The translations under genes were made by a program, and so were the position numbers. The notes beneath the pieces are model-generated. The model had not been told where the DNA came from, made no database searches, and worked only from the letters and a program-made list of their open reading frames with translations. A stretch of DNA of 32,382 nt from Jimgerdemannia flammicorona. Its lineage: Eukaryota. Shown here one piece after another: positions 11,200 to 24,389 of this stretch. The stretch spans positions 1 to 32,382 of the forward strand of contig RBNJ01000352.1 in the NCBI GenBank assembly GCA_003990765.1. Direction: 5' to 3'. Position 1 is the stretch's first letter; each line of letters begins with the position of its first letter.

Positions 11200-13857
11200 A
11201 TGCATCAGCACAACCCTAGACACTTTTCATATGACTCCTCTGATAGACATCCTATCATGTTTATGAATGAAAAGGGTAACAAGCTCCAAGTTCAGGTTAT
11301 CAATGATAGCATCATACATGTTTTATACAATGTACCTCACCAACTATGGCTACTAAGCTATACCCTCATCGATGACAGAGCACTCCTGATATTCACATTG
11401 GAGATTGACGATGAGAACAAGAAGCTTGTCATTAAAACTAGAATCCTGTGTATTGTTGTCAACTTCAAAAAGGACCTATATATCGCCTGGTATGCCCAGA
11501 GCCACCCTGATACCCCCCGGCAGGAAGATCTACTGAACCACATATATCCCTCGGATCTGGCCACAGGTGCTGTTTGGCACTATATGAAATAGCTTGAAGG
11601 TGACATATACTATGGTCTTGGGGAGCACACCAGCGAATTGAACCTCAAAGGCCATCAGTTCAGACTGGAGCATCTGGATTGTATGAGTTATGATATAGAG
11701 ATCTTGGACCCCCTGTACAAGTTTTGTCCATTCTATCTGATGCTGTCAAAGGGCACAAGCTTGGCCCATGGCATTTTTTATAATAATATGTCAAGGATGA
11801 CAGTGGATTTAAGCAATGAGAACAATGCTGTGAGTATATGCGTCACTGACTCTAGTTTTGTAATATGTGGTAGTTTTCTTGCTCACTCATTTTATGATTG
11901 TTGCTTCAAGCTGTGGGGGCCCTATCACTACTACTATGCCGAGGTAGGGCCTCTTGATTACTACATCTTTTTCAGCCCTTCTGTCCAAGACGTTATTGAA
12001 GGCTTTACCTCATTAATGGGTATGCTGGATCACCTCCCTCCCCGCTACTCATTTGGCTACCTTGCCTCCTCCATGGGTTATGCTGAAGCCTCTAATGCAC
12101 AAATACTTCTTGAGGGGGTCCCCGATCTCTGCCGCCAGCATAATATTCTCTGTGATAGACTCCACCTTTCATCCAGCTACACTGTCGACAAAGACACCAA
12201 GCAGCGCTACGTCTTCATCTGGAATGAGAAATACTTCTCAAACCCCAAAGACCTGATAGTCAAGCTTAAAAATACTGGTATCCACATCTTTGCCAACATC
12301 AAGCCCTGGCTGCTCGAGATCCATCCATACTACCAGAGTCTGAAGGATGTACATGGCCTCATCTGGAATGAAGAGGATGACATCCCCGGCAAAGTAATGC
12401 AGTGGAGCGGCAGTGCTGGCGAGTCTGCCAGCTATGCCTACATTGATTTCACAAGTGAGAATGGGTTCAACTGGTGGAAAGAAAATGTCAAGACAAAGCT
12501 CCTCATGTATGGCCTGGAGGGGTTGTGGAATGATAACAATGAGTTCACCATGCCTGATGATATATATTCATTTTCCAATGAAGTTAAGTCTACCATGAAC
12601 CTATACTGCCCGTTGCCCTCATACAGGACTAATTCAGCTGTAGTCGGCATGCCATTGCAGACCCTGCTGATGGCACAGGCATTGTACAAGACCATGTATG
12701 AATATGTACCGAGCCAGTGACCCTTTGTGATCACAAGATCTGCGACTCTATTTATTCACAAATATGTCATGCAGACATAGAGTGAAGATAATTTCATGGC
12801 ATAGAAGTTGGTCAAGTTCAATATTCTAATAGGCATATCTGCTGGGTTGTCCATATTCTCTGGTATGTATGGCCACAACGTGGGTGGTTTTGTGGGGCCT
12901 AAGCTGGAGCCAGAACTGTTCATACATTGGGTGCAGAACAGAATCTTCAATCCTAGGTTTAGCATTCATTTGTGGAATTCAGATCATACTATCATAGAGC
13001 CATGGATGGTAAGATCATTGCACTGAGCTATTAAATGATATACTTAGCATTAGAAGCTCTTGTCAAACATTCTCACCATTTATAATTATTCACAATGATA
13101 TACATAGTATCTCTCCATCCTTCCGACCATCTGTTCCTCCATCTATTTCCACTACCACCTCATCCCTCACATATATTCTCTTTATATCGAGTTCCACCAC
13201 ATGGGTCACCCAATCCTTCACCCACTCTTTTACCATTTCCAAAATGACCTGGTGACATACAACCAATCCTTTGACTTCATGCTTGGTTCCACTATACTCA
13301 TTGCCTCTATTTATGAGCCCGCCGCCACCACATGCAAGGTTTATCTGCCCACAGACTCTAACTGGTACCACTTTCAGACTGGCTGCCATCATATAGGCAG
13401 ACAGGAGGTGGAGCTCCCAGCCCCACTCGAGGATGCACACTCTCTGTTCCTGATGCTCAAAGGTGTACTCCTCCTGCTTGGCAAGGTGATGCAGCATATA
13501 GGAGAGCAAAGAGATGATAAGCAGGTTGTACAAATGTACCCACTGCTACTCATAGCCAAATATGTCAAAAAGTGATTTGAAGTGACAATGGTAGAAAATG
13601 ATGGGATATCCATGAACTATATGGAAAAAGGTGAGTATACAGAGCTAATAGTGTGGATTGTATGTGATTTCGATGAGATCAAGGTGGGTGTATATATCGT
13701 TCATGCACAGTATAAGCCCAAGTATGACATCATATGGTTTGTGGTTGCAGTGGAGGGTGAGACCAGGAAGGTGGTCAGAGGTAAAGACAGTTTGACTAAA
13801 GTGGATACTGTGGGGAGGACGATGGTGGGTGTTCCTGTGATATTTGCACCTTACTAA
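11200..13857 (+). pseudogene. Glycoside hydrolase family 31 (alpha-glucosidase-like, WNDNNE type)
   Basis: YYGLGEH, DPLYKFCPFY, PPRYSFGYLAS, ANIKPW, YIDFTS...WW, nucleophile WNDNNEF, PFVITRS, QT*SEDN, GHNVGGF.GP, EPWM|Y. In-frame introns at 11830-11910 (GTGAGT...GCTCAC...AAG) and 13009-13107 (GTAAGA...TAG). At least five in-frame stops. The 5' end is uncertain. Confidence 0.93.
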
Positions 13858-14337
13858 GGTTCATACAAACATTCACTTAATATGTACCACAATTTACTAA
13901 ACATTATATTGACATGTTTTGGTTGTTATAACCTGACAGAAACAATCTCATCCCCCCCCCCCAAAAAAAAAAAACCAAATGTGCAATACTGGTATTAAGA
14001 ATTATATAATATATATGTGATAGGTGGTAATATGTATTATATGACTTAGTGTATAGTTATCCATGCTTATATTAAAATAAACTACCTATCTGTGATTTAA
14101 TATACAGTTTTGTCAACCATGTACTATAATATCAAGTTGTAATCTTCTATCATACACATAAATGTATTAAACTGAAATCCAATTCTGAAGAATTATAGAT
14201 GTTTCGTTTTGTTGTACATATTCATGATGCATTTCAGACTGATTGTAAATGGGAAACACAATGACGCAATTATGTGACATAGTTTACATGATAAATTAAT
14301 ACCAAATTGTAATATTTATACTATTACATTGTAAAGC

Positions 14338-15348
14338 ATGCCCAAAGTACAAGTAAGAAAGTCATATAACCTGCAATCTAACAAGCTGCTGCCACCACCA
14401 CTACCACCAATACCAATACTAGCAGACAAATATATTCCTGTCAAATTTTCGATAAATGAAAATGGCAAAGTCTGTTTCATTCTGGTGAATACACCTAAAT
14501 TCATCCAAATGATCCACAAAATGATAGAGGAAGTCAACACAAAACATGTTGATCTTCGAACTCAAATACATCAATATCTACTAAATGTGTTTTCATCTGA
14601 CGAAGGTGCCAATCTTAACCTGAGACCACTTTGTCATGAGTTCAGAAAAACACCAATTTTCAAATTGAAAGTTGTAATCGATCAACTAGTTCGCGACAAG
14701 ATATTTTTCTGAGATAGACAATAACAGTATTCATAGACTGAGCAAACTATTGCATCGACATCAGCACATATTACTGATTTCGAAGGATTGGAACTTCTCA
14801 TACTAGATTTTTTGAGGGTTCAATTGGATGAGCACGACATTAGTGAAACAGGTGTAGACACGCTACATATAGAATTTGATGTGAAGAGTTATGTAACCTT
14901 GACATTACAACAACCGTATCACTAAGGCCTGATCCAAGATATTGAAATTGATGAAAATGAGAAACCCCAAATTCATTTGTCTAAAGAATTAGTTGAAAGA
15001 ATAGATGTTGAGCTGGCAGAGCCATTGATACCAGATGAAATAAAAATGCAATGGTTGTACATAACTACTATATATGATAACACATCGTTTACACCATTTC
15101 ACCCATACAAAATATCGATAGTAGAAGACATTATTTTAAAGATTAATTGTGAATTACACAGGTTCATACAAGATCACTTGATATGTACTATAATATTTAC
15201 CAACCATCATATTGATATGTTTGTTTGTTGTAATCTGACAGAAATATATATAACAACCTCATCACAAATGGTTATTTGAAATGCATCCCTGACAAACGAA
15301 ATGTGCAACATTAGTACTATGGTCATACTAAATATATCTAGTTCTTAA
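14338..15348 (+). pseudogene. Winged-helix domain protein (RPA32C/STN1C-like pattern)
   Basis: ORFs 14338 and 14977 share a frame. LRTQIHQYLLNVFSSDEGANLNLRPLCHEF...KLKVVIDQLVRDKIFF fits a wHTH pattern. A second possible wHTH follows (LELLILDFLR...TLQQPYH*GLI). Confidence 0.4.
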
Positions 15349-15698
15349 TGACTATAATTATCTGCAATCAGCTTATGTTAAAATAAACAAATTTGTCCAA
15401 ACACCATTATGTCAACTAACTTATTACTATGTATGTCACATGTTTCATGTGATTCTTTCATTGTGATCACAATGCAGTAGTAGCATCTTGTTTGGAGTAT
15501 ATTTCATTGAACATAATGTATCATGTCACTATTATAAATAATATAAGTCTAGTTGTGCCAACAGTCATCCAAAACATCCAGCAATGTCGCAACTAGACCT
15601 CAATATGTTATACGTATCTCAACATCTTATCCATACTATGTTTGAACAAATTCTTCATACAAATTATTGCTATTCTAAACCTAAATCTATATATATAG

Positions 15699-17075
15699 AT
15701 GACATTGGAAGAAATCTTTACTGCGATCAGACAATACAACCTACTACATATAAATGGTACTATGCAGGGTGCTATTCTCACCGCATGTTCTATAGCTCAT
15801 CATAATAGTATACCAGATCTTTTTGATGTCCAAGTACACCAAAGTGGATATATCCTCTTATCTATTGCCAAACATATTCTCTCTGACAATATTGTAGCAT
15901 TCTCATTGACAATAGATGACAGCTATAGATTATATATGATAAGTCCTAAGTATATAGCCAGTAATATTACATACATTTCATCTAATACAAACTCCTTGAT
16001 CAGCATTGTAACTTCTTTGACCTCATCTGTTGATTCAATAACTTACATGACAGCATCACATTTTGCAATCACCCAGCAAACTGGCTATACATACCCACAC
16101 CTCCATTCTGCGGGTCATACAAAGATTCTTCGAAATCAATATAAAGATGTATTTTGTGTTACTGATCTAAAAAGACCAATAGCAATGACTACATTCAGAC
16201 AGCTATTCATGTTGGTGGATGGACATGGTAGTCGCAAGTGTGTGTAGTTCTTTGTCAATATGATCTCTAGTGCAATTGCAGATCTGTGTAGTGGATACAA
16301 TTTGGAGGAGTTGGGTGATGCTACCATACAGCAATCGATAGCACATGAGATCAAGGAGCTAGTTAGGAGGCTTGATGACGAGTATTTGCATGGATTGCAC
16401 AATAGCAATAGGTGTACACTTATGCTGGCTATATTTCTGAGTAACACGTGGCTCATGCAGGCCAACGTGGGTGACTCATGCACCATCCTCATATCTATAT
16501 TAGATGGTGTCTACAATCTTGATATTGACTTCGCCTTACAAGATCATAAACCATACCTCGGATGTATTGCCCAAAATATACTAGCGAATGGTGGTGAATT
16601 CATGGATGTTATATAGGATTGGGTCATCAATGTCAATTCTAAACATCTCTAGAGTGGTACCAATACAATAGCCATACTCAGGAATGCATATATCAGAGTA
16701 TTGAAGAATGAGATGTCAATAAATGTGGGGAGATTATGTGGCGATGCTGTGTTCAAGCAAAATCCGACTGCAAGGATCATATTGTGTGAACCAGATATCA
16801 TGTTTATTGACATTAGTAGATAACAGCAGCAACAGTAATGACAGTAGTTCCTGCTCATGAGTAGTGATGGTCTGATGGATCACCTAGGATATGGACTTGT
16901 TGTTGACATACAGAATAAATGTATCACAATGGCTGTCAGAGATCTTGTTGAGGCTAGTGAGGAGTGTGGTTGTATTGTTAAATATCTTTATAATCACGAG
17001 GGTGATCCCAACTTCTTCTTGTCTATAGTTCAAGCATATGATAATTGCACTGTTATATTAGTTGAGATAGTATAG
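15699..17075 (+). pseudogene. PP2C (PPM) protein phosphatase with N-terminal extension
   Basis: One frame: LVDGHGS, ANVGDS, QDHKP, NGG, GRLCGD, CEPDI, SSDGLMD, YDNCTVILV. No introns seen. Confidence 0.9.
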
Positions 17076-17085
17076 CATATTTACT

Positions 17086-17110
17086 GTGATGTCCCTGATG
17101 ATGATGTCAC
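17086..17110 (+). repeat. Short intergenic motif, copy 2 (GTGATGTCCCTGATGATGATGTCAC)
   Basis: Matches 9248-9272 with transition-only differences. Lies between the PP2C stop and the next ATG (17160). Confidence 0.7.
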
Positions 17111-17159
17111 AAGATAAGATATAACGAATGCATTTTCATTGAATAAATCTTCCAAAACA

Positions 17160-17868
17160 ATGACTAACCAATGTGGATGCTACTATTTTGAAAGTGGCTA
17201 TGAACTATATCTAATCTCCAAACCGGTCTCTCCAGGTGTCATTCGTATCTGTGCTAGAGCCAAAGGTGAGAGTTGTGTATTATACTGTTGTCTAGCTCTT
17301 TATTTATTTCAATACTCCAGGTGTAAAACCCTACAGCTATCTTGAGGTGAATACTGCAGTATAACTTCTGAATAAATGACTTGGACATGGCTGGTCCTGC
17401 AAATACAAAGTAGATAATAGGATTGAGGTATTTGTTATGGATGTCAATCTGTAAATTCATGTGGCCACAAAATACTAATCCAAATATAGACATTCTACGA
17501 ATCCATGAGATTGTGGGAGATTTATGTCAAAGTGACTGCCAAGTTCAAATACATCATACCAAGTAACCAAACAATAAAACGCGAAGTATGTATTTAGCTT
17601 ACAAGAGCTTCAACTACAACCACTGCTCCATCTAACACAATCCCAGAAATGTGGTGGATTTATACAATCCTTGCAGGCAAGAGGCACAGTGAGAAAAAAT
17701 GCTAGAAAATTGGCTAACTCTGATGTGCTAAAACGAATTGCTGCCACATTCGGCATTACCATTGTGGGTGAATCTGTCGATAATGGTAACTGTGTTGTTG
17801 GTGATACATTATATATAGCGGAGTTCCCATGCTTACACCTTATTAATTTAAAACATAATAGATGCTGA
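17160..17868 (+). pseudogene. Unknown decayed gene with probable intron 17266-17320
   Basis: A GTGAGA...CTCCAG intron joins the frame of the 17139 ORF to the frame of the 17671 ORF. Confidence 0.35.
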
Positions 17869-18214
17869 TCCCACCCCCCACCTCTCCTCATTCAAGTCAA
17901 GGTATTTGTCTCTTTCTTTATATATAGCCATTTCATTTATATCCCATTATTGAGCTATACATATATTATTTTAGGTTTGAACCATATATTGGTAGTGTTT
18001 AATGATACAGTACATGCAGTAAGTATTTATTGTACAAAATTAATAGAGTCATATGGATATTAATTTTCCCACCCCTTTCAAAATAGAATCCTGATTCAGT
18101 TGATTATATAAATTATGACCACCAATAAATAATATGTTTGGTCATATGATCACAAATAAAGAAGACTTATAAACAGCTTATAATTAAACAGCTTTATACA
18201 TTATTCACTACAAT

Positions 18215-19880
18215 ATGAATACACTTGCAGAGCAATTAGTTATGTCATATACGGCTCTTAAACACAATACAACAAACCCTATGTTTAGCTCAGACATTCT
18301 CACTAATCTCATCACTAGTAAGAATGATATATGGATGCTATTGTCAAATGTTTTTTAGATGATAGAGGAAATGTATCAAATTCACACTTTTACTGCTGAT
18401 GGTAACATGACTTTTGGATACAGTGGGGACAAACATTCGATAACTGTCATCATAAATAGAATGGATATATATCAGATAACAACTAATGTTATATCACCAG
18501 CTACTAAAGCAATTTACAAATCTATAATATAGGAGCCATATGTATATGATCCCCCATTCTCAAGAACCTCTGATAGATATGATGATGACCTATTATATAT
18601 GACAATGGCTGAAGTCATGCCACAACCTGATGATGACATGGATATCGATTTGGTTGAGGTTCTTTCAGCTAGTGAATTATCGCTACATGGGGTTCTTCTA
18701 GCCAGTGAATTATCACTATATGGGGTTCTTCCAGCCGATGGATCACTACTACATGGGGTTCATCCAGCCAGTGAATTATTGCTACATGGGGTTCATCCAG
18801 CCAGTGAATTATCGCTATACAGGGTTCATCCAGCTAGTGAATTATTACTATATGGGGTTCGTCCAGCCAGTGAATTATTGCTACATAGGGTTTGTCCAGC
18901 TAGTGAATTATTACTACACAGGATTCGTCCAGCCAGTGAATTATTGCTACATGGGGTTCATCCAGCCAGTGAATTATTGCTACATGGGGTTTGTCCAGCC
19001 AGTGAATTATCACTATACAGAATTCTTCCAGCCGATAGATCACCACTACATGAGGTTCTCCCAGCCAATAGATCACCGCTACATGAGGTTCTCCCAGTCG
19101 ATGGATCACTGCTATATGAGGTTCTCCCAGCCAATGGATCACCGCTACATGAGATTCTTCCAGCCAATGGATCACTGCTACATGAGGTTTCACAAATCAG
19201 AGCAATATTCAGACAAGAGCTCAGAGTCTGGAGAGAAACTGCAACTCATGCTACCAAAAGAGTAGATGACCCAACTAGAAAATACCATAGACAATGATAT
19301 GTTAAAGATAGCCAGAGACAAATCAGTCACAATTTGAATGAGATATCTTCAGAATCTGAGACAGAAAGTGAGACAACAGCAGAGGAGGAGGATGAATGTT
19401 TGCAGATGCCACAACTTTTATATGCTATATATAAACATGCCAGGTTTATATATCTAGACCAATCATTAGCCACCAGAATGCGGTCAGAGAAGTTTATCAA
19501 ATTGCTCATAGTGCAATCTGCAAGGTCTATTTTAGACAATGTGGCGAATTGGTATAATCAGTTAGTGGTCAAATATATTTCAGGTAGTATAGGGTTATGC
19601 CTTTGTAGTATGAGCATCTGTGTCAAATATTTACTAGATCTGACTGATCTGAATAATTATCAATTGGTGTCATGGAGGGTAGTGTCCAATCAGCTCAATG
19701 CAAAGTACAGCCAATATAATGCCAGTGAGCTTGGTAAGTGGATTAGGTGTGGGTGGCAGTATCTCATCTTGGCTAAGCTCTTCAATAGTGTATTTGTTGT
19801 GGCATCATTGTAGAGAGCCACTAGTATATCAAGAATGATGAATTCAGAATTTAGAGAACTGGTGACATACCTATGATTGA
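18215..19880 (+). pseudogene. Unknown protein with internal 11-aa tandem repeat and acidic patch
   Basis: ATG 18215 and ORFs 18599 and 19334 are all in one frame, separated by TAG/TGA stops. Confidence 0.6.
18656..19183 (+). repeat. Coding minisatellite, 16 x 33 bp
   Basis: Unit approx. GGGGTTCATCCAGCCAGTGAATTATTGCTACAT; 528 bp = 16 units. Two subtypes (PASELxL, PAxGSPL). Confidence 0.97.
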
Positions 19881-20586
19881 AGGACTGTATTGTAGGTATT
19901 TTTTTTTATAGTCATTTGGACTTTGCCATTTATTACCAGTCTAATGTTAAATATACATTCTTCCTCCCACTACCTGATTCCCATAGGCAATCCAAGCAAA
20001 GACCACCTTCCCCCCCAACTGTGTTGTAGGTATAATATATGATGCATATAGTGGGGATGATGTGTGGTCGATAGTAAAGAATTGTGTGAGTGGGGAGGAT
20101 ATTGATGCAACTAGTAGTGTTGTCACACAAGTGTTGGAAGAAAACACACTTGAATGCCTACTAGTGATATATAATAATAATAAATAATAAAGTTTTAAAT
20201 ATCTCTGTGGAAAACTGTGAATGTTTTACAACAATTATCTCCAAATCTATACATTACTTATATTGGACCACAATCGATACAAAAAGTAACAGAGCTGTCA
20301 AGTCATATAAGTATTTATAAAAACTATCCTCAAAAATCTATTGGCAATATATCCATAGACTAGAGTTATAAAATATATCATATTATAAAATGATCTTTTC
20401 TGCAACAAGATCCTTTTTTATGGACACAGCATGCTACACATTTTGCACTCCTGTAATCAGCTTTGAAAGAAACTGAAAGTTTCACTGAATTGTCAAACAC
20501 TCAACTCCAAATAATTTTACTGGAACACACCCAAGAATATGAAGTAGTGTTAAGAACTGCAGTTGTGGGGCAGACTCGCCCACACA

Positions 20587-22527
20587 CTACACATCAGTGT
20601 GCACAACAACTAGATTATCATGAAAGATCTGTTCGAGGATCGCATTGAATATAGAGTGTGCTACTGTACTGAGATCTGTGTCACAACTCTGCATAACACA
20701 TTGTGATACTTTGTTGTTTGCACAGGCCAACCACACATGACCACATACAATTTCGGGAAATATAGTATTGCAAGGCAATTCATTGTAGTACTCATTGTCA
20801 TATGCATAGGACTTGAGTAGCTATAGTCATGAGCATTTGCAGACCACTGCAGTAAACAACAAAGCCATGCTACAGATAGTATAGACTGCCAGCCCAGCCT
20901 GCAACTGTGCACAGTACTGTGGTAGAATCATCTCATCGGGCATCTGTGTATATGGGACCTTAGCATAGACCAGAATAGATGTGAAGAAGTTGGGATCCTG
21001 GTCCTGAGGACACATCATCCCATCCACATCATATCCCATCACTACAAGCGCATCAGGTGAGTACCAACAGCACTGTATGACCTGTAGACACATGCCGCGA
21101 TTCATAATATCACAACAGTACTGTAGCTACATATATGCAAATGCCAGATTCTCTAACATCTGGCCCCATCCACATGCGCATCTGCCAAACTCACTGAACA
21201 CTTGCGTCATACCTGCCTTCCGGCTGACCAGGCTGTGGAATGCTGCAGAGTTTGTGAGTGATATTGCTGTGAGTGCATTGGAGCCTCCGAGCATATGTCT
21301 AATCAGTTCATACCACTTGGGTGAGTGCTACACCAGCAGTAGAAACATATTGACAAATTTGATGAGAATTTGTCACAGCATGACTCTAATGGGCACTGTC
21401 ACTGTGGTGTGAAGGCAGACATTGCCAATGGTCTCCAATATGCTGCTGTTGTCATGTGACCACCCAGACATTATTATCAGCGAACACATCTCCTGTGTTA
21501 GCACCATGAGCAGATGCTGATCGATTAGCAACAGAATTATATAGGAATATACATCCAAGTTGATTGGTATGAATTTCTGCATTGCAAACAAATTTTATTG
21601 TATATGTAATTAAGTTGCTTTAAATACATGTCGTGCTTGAAAAACATCAAGTATGCACTGCATGGTCTTGTCATGCAATCTCATCCAGCTGACTACTATA
21701 TACACCAGCCTCTGCCACATAGTTACATCATTGTGAGTATGGACATATGTGTAAAGTGAATAAAGGTCATTGAATTTGGTGATAAGCACAGCAGCAGTTG
21801 TATGCAATATGTCTGGAATCTGCATCAGAAAATCTCGGAATGTATGCTGACCAAGTTGTGTCTTAGAGGCGTGGACCATGGCCAGATAATCCTCAGACAA
21901 TATCTTTGAATGATCTTTTTGAGTACATTTCAGCAGTCATGCAACTGTGGTTGCTGTGTCTGCCATTGTTGTAGTTCTACATATGACAACATCATCACAA
22001 CATAACTCCAATGAGATTATTATGTGGTCAATATCTACAGATGCACCCTTAAATAACAAGTAGATCTGCTGATTGTGGAATCGCATTTTTAGATTGTTGA
22101 TATCAGTTGTCAGCCTATCGTATGTTGTGTAGAGAATGACAATAATACCCTTTTGTCATGTGGCATTGTTATTGTCACCACAATTCTAGCAAAATATGTA
22201 GTGGAATGATGGCAATGGCTCATCAAGTTTGCACTATTTGAATACATCCATGTGTACACATATTTTCGCTTCCAGTATCGACACTGCAGGTATGTAAAAT
22301 AGAGTAGGTGTCTGTGTGTAGGCAATGGCAGTGGTAGTGATAGCAATACCAACAATGGTTGATGACACTTGAGAATAAAAATGACCCCCTCTTAAAATCT
22401 CTTCAGGGGATGGAAATTCAAAGTCATCATCATCCAATATTTTATATATTGAATGACTACTAGTGATTACTAGATATATATATACATGTGTGTGTATTGA
22501 CAAAATAGGGTTGTTGATCAGATGCAA
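20587..22527 (-). pseudogene. Long decayed ORF (~650 codons), unknown, probably alpha-helical
   Basis: ORFs starting at 22527, 21900, 21591, 21105 and 20778 are all in the same minus frame. Confidence 0.55.
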
Positions 22528-22893
22528 GCCATTTAACTTGTGCAGGTTACAATTGGTTCAATAGTTTATTCATTTGATAAAATAATTTGATACTATTATA
22601 AAATAGTACCACATAGACCTGTAGCCACAGCAGCTACAGCTTATAACAATAGTAGCATTGTCGCATTTGTTGACAATGTGTGTATCATTTCATTCACGGT
22701 TAAATACACTAAGTCATTAGAGTTAATATGCTCAGGTTGTGCCATAGGGGTGTAGTGGAGACTGAGTGGTGTGAATTTATATATATACCATTAGTCTACA
22801 TGACATACTGAGTAATATTATATAAAAATAAATAAGATGACATTACCTTTGATTATACACATATTAGATTCCAAACATGTTTAGTAGTGGTCA

Positions 22894-22948
22894 GGGAAAG
22901 TGCATTCACATGGATGGGATTATCCTGTCTATGTGAATGCACTTTCCC
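22894..22948. repeat. Long palindrome, copy A
   Basis: GGGAAAGTGCATTCACAT GGATGGGAT T ATCCTGTCT ATGTGAATGCACTTTCCC. Confidence 0.97.
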
Positions 22949-23041
22949 CAATAATGGCATCATCATTAATTTGAAACATGGTCACAACTTGTAAAGAAAT
23001 ATAAACCATGGTAAACTGTCTTAAAAAGTTACAAGATGGCA

Positions 23042-23491
23042 ATGCAATAGAGATGGGCAATTATTACCAGGGTGGATTCAATAACAATCCTTCAACCAAC
23101 AGATATATTGATGGGATCAAAATTAGGAGAACATCTCTGCAATCATCTTGCCACAGAACTATTGGAGTTTCAATGACTGGATGATTTTCTGCAGGTATTT
23201 AAATACAAACTCAGATGGCGAATGTCTGGTGGGAATAAGAAACCTGGTGTTATTGTTATGCTAGATAAGAAGGAGTATTGGAAATTCATCTGTCACAGTA
23301 TGCAAGTTGTCACTGATCTTGCAGACCTGAAAGCGATATTTCCAGACCACTGTATATGTATAATCCTGCAGGGTTTGACTAATTCTGTAAGAATAAACCA
23401 ACAGATGGTTAACAAGTATTATGCCCATGAAATCATTATCGAGCAGTCAAGAAATTCTCCAATAACAATTGCACAGATTGTCTGGTATTAG
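23042..23491 (+). pseudogene. EME1/Mms4-like (ERCC4-type) fragment
   Basis: KLGEHL...LRWRM...GVIVMLDKKEYWKFI...LADLKAIFPDHCICIILQGL...NKYY resembles the inactive ERCC4 domain of EME1. Confidence 0.4.
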
Positions 23492-23592
23492 GCAATGTAG
23501 TCCAGCAATTATATATACTATGTAATAAATGATGTTTATATGTCACAGCCTCATCATATCCCAACCACGCACACCATGATACACTTTGCACA

Positions 23593-24171
23593 ATGATGTC
23601 AATTACAACCCAATTCAAAGATGATCTGGTAGCAATAATCAATGACATAGTGCTGCACGATGTATCTATTGTCTGTGCCAATGGGTAGGTCATTAGTGTG
23701 TATAGTGCAGTGCTTGCTGCCTATTGTCTGCTGTTCCAAACCATGTTTTATGGCAATGTGCATTCCAAGTAGGTCTTGCTGGACAATGTGTCTGTTGACA
23801 TGTTACACTATGTCCTATACTTCTTGCATGCTGAGCGACTGCCAAAGATCATGGATACTGATGTTACCAAACTCTACTGTATTGCAGTCCATCTGGATCT
23901 GCACAAGCTACAAACACAGCTTGTGGTGCAACTGATTGCCGAATTGAATGGTGAGAGTAGTAGTGCACATACAAGTGAGCTTTTCGACAGGGTGATTGCA
24001 TTATGAATTGATCCAATACATGCATGCAAATTCTATGATGCACTCACTCAGGCTCTACCAGTGCAAAAAATTACAACTGTCCAGTTACAAGTATTGGGGA
24101 GGCTAATCAATGATATAGGTGTGATCAGAGGACAACGAGATGTGGCAACCCAGACAAATGAAGATGGTTGA
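23593..24171 (+). pseudogene. BTB/POZ domain protein
   Basis: DLVAIINDIVLHDVSIVCANG*VISVYSAVLAAYCLLFQTMFYG...V.LDNVSVDMLHYVLYFLH...LYCIAVHLDLHKL. Confidence 0.8.
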
Positions 24172-24389
24172 TACATATATATATTTGTATAGATCTTGTG
24201 CACTGTCTGGCTGTATGTGTGATTTAACTATCCTACTATATGCATTGCAAAACTTGTAAATCACATTTAATACACAAACTCGAGACACTGTTATGTGTCA
24301 TAACATCTCTCTTATAATGGCAACTGGAATTCGCAAATTTCGAAAATAGTAAAGGTGATATATTTTATAAAAATACAATATTTATTTGC

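Noticed and set aside
13952..13974. Poly-C/poly-A tract after GH31 as a retrocopy tail
   Set aside because: GH31 retains introns, so it is not a processed retrocopy.
18656..19183. CRISPR-like array
   Set aside because: Units are contiguous with no unique spacers and keep a coding frame; this is a minisatellite.
18705..19265. Alternative-frame and antisense ORFs over the repeat
   Set aside because: By-products of a 33-bp unit lacking stops. Only the 18599 frame connects to flanking coding sequence.
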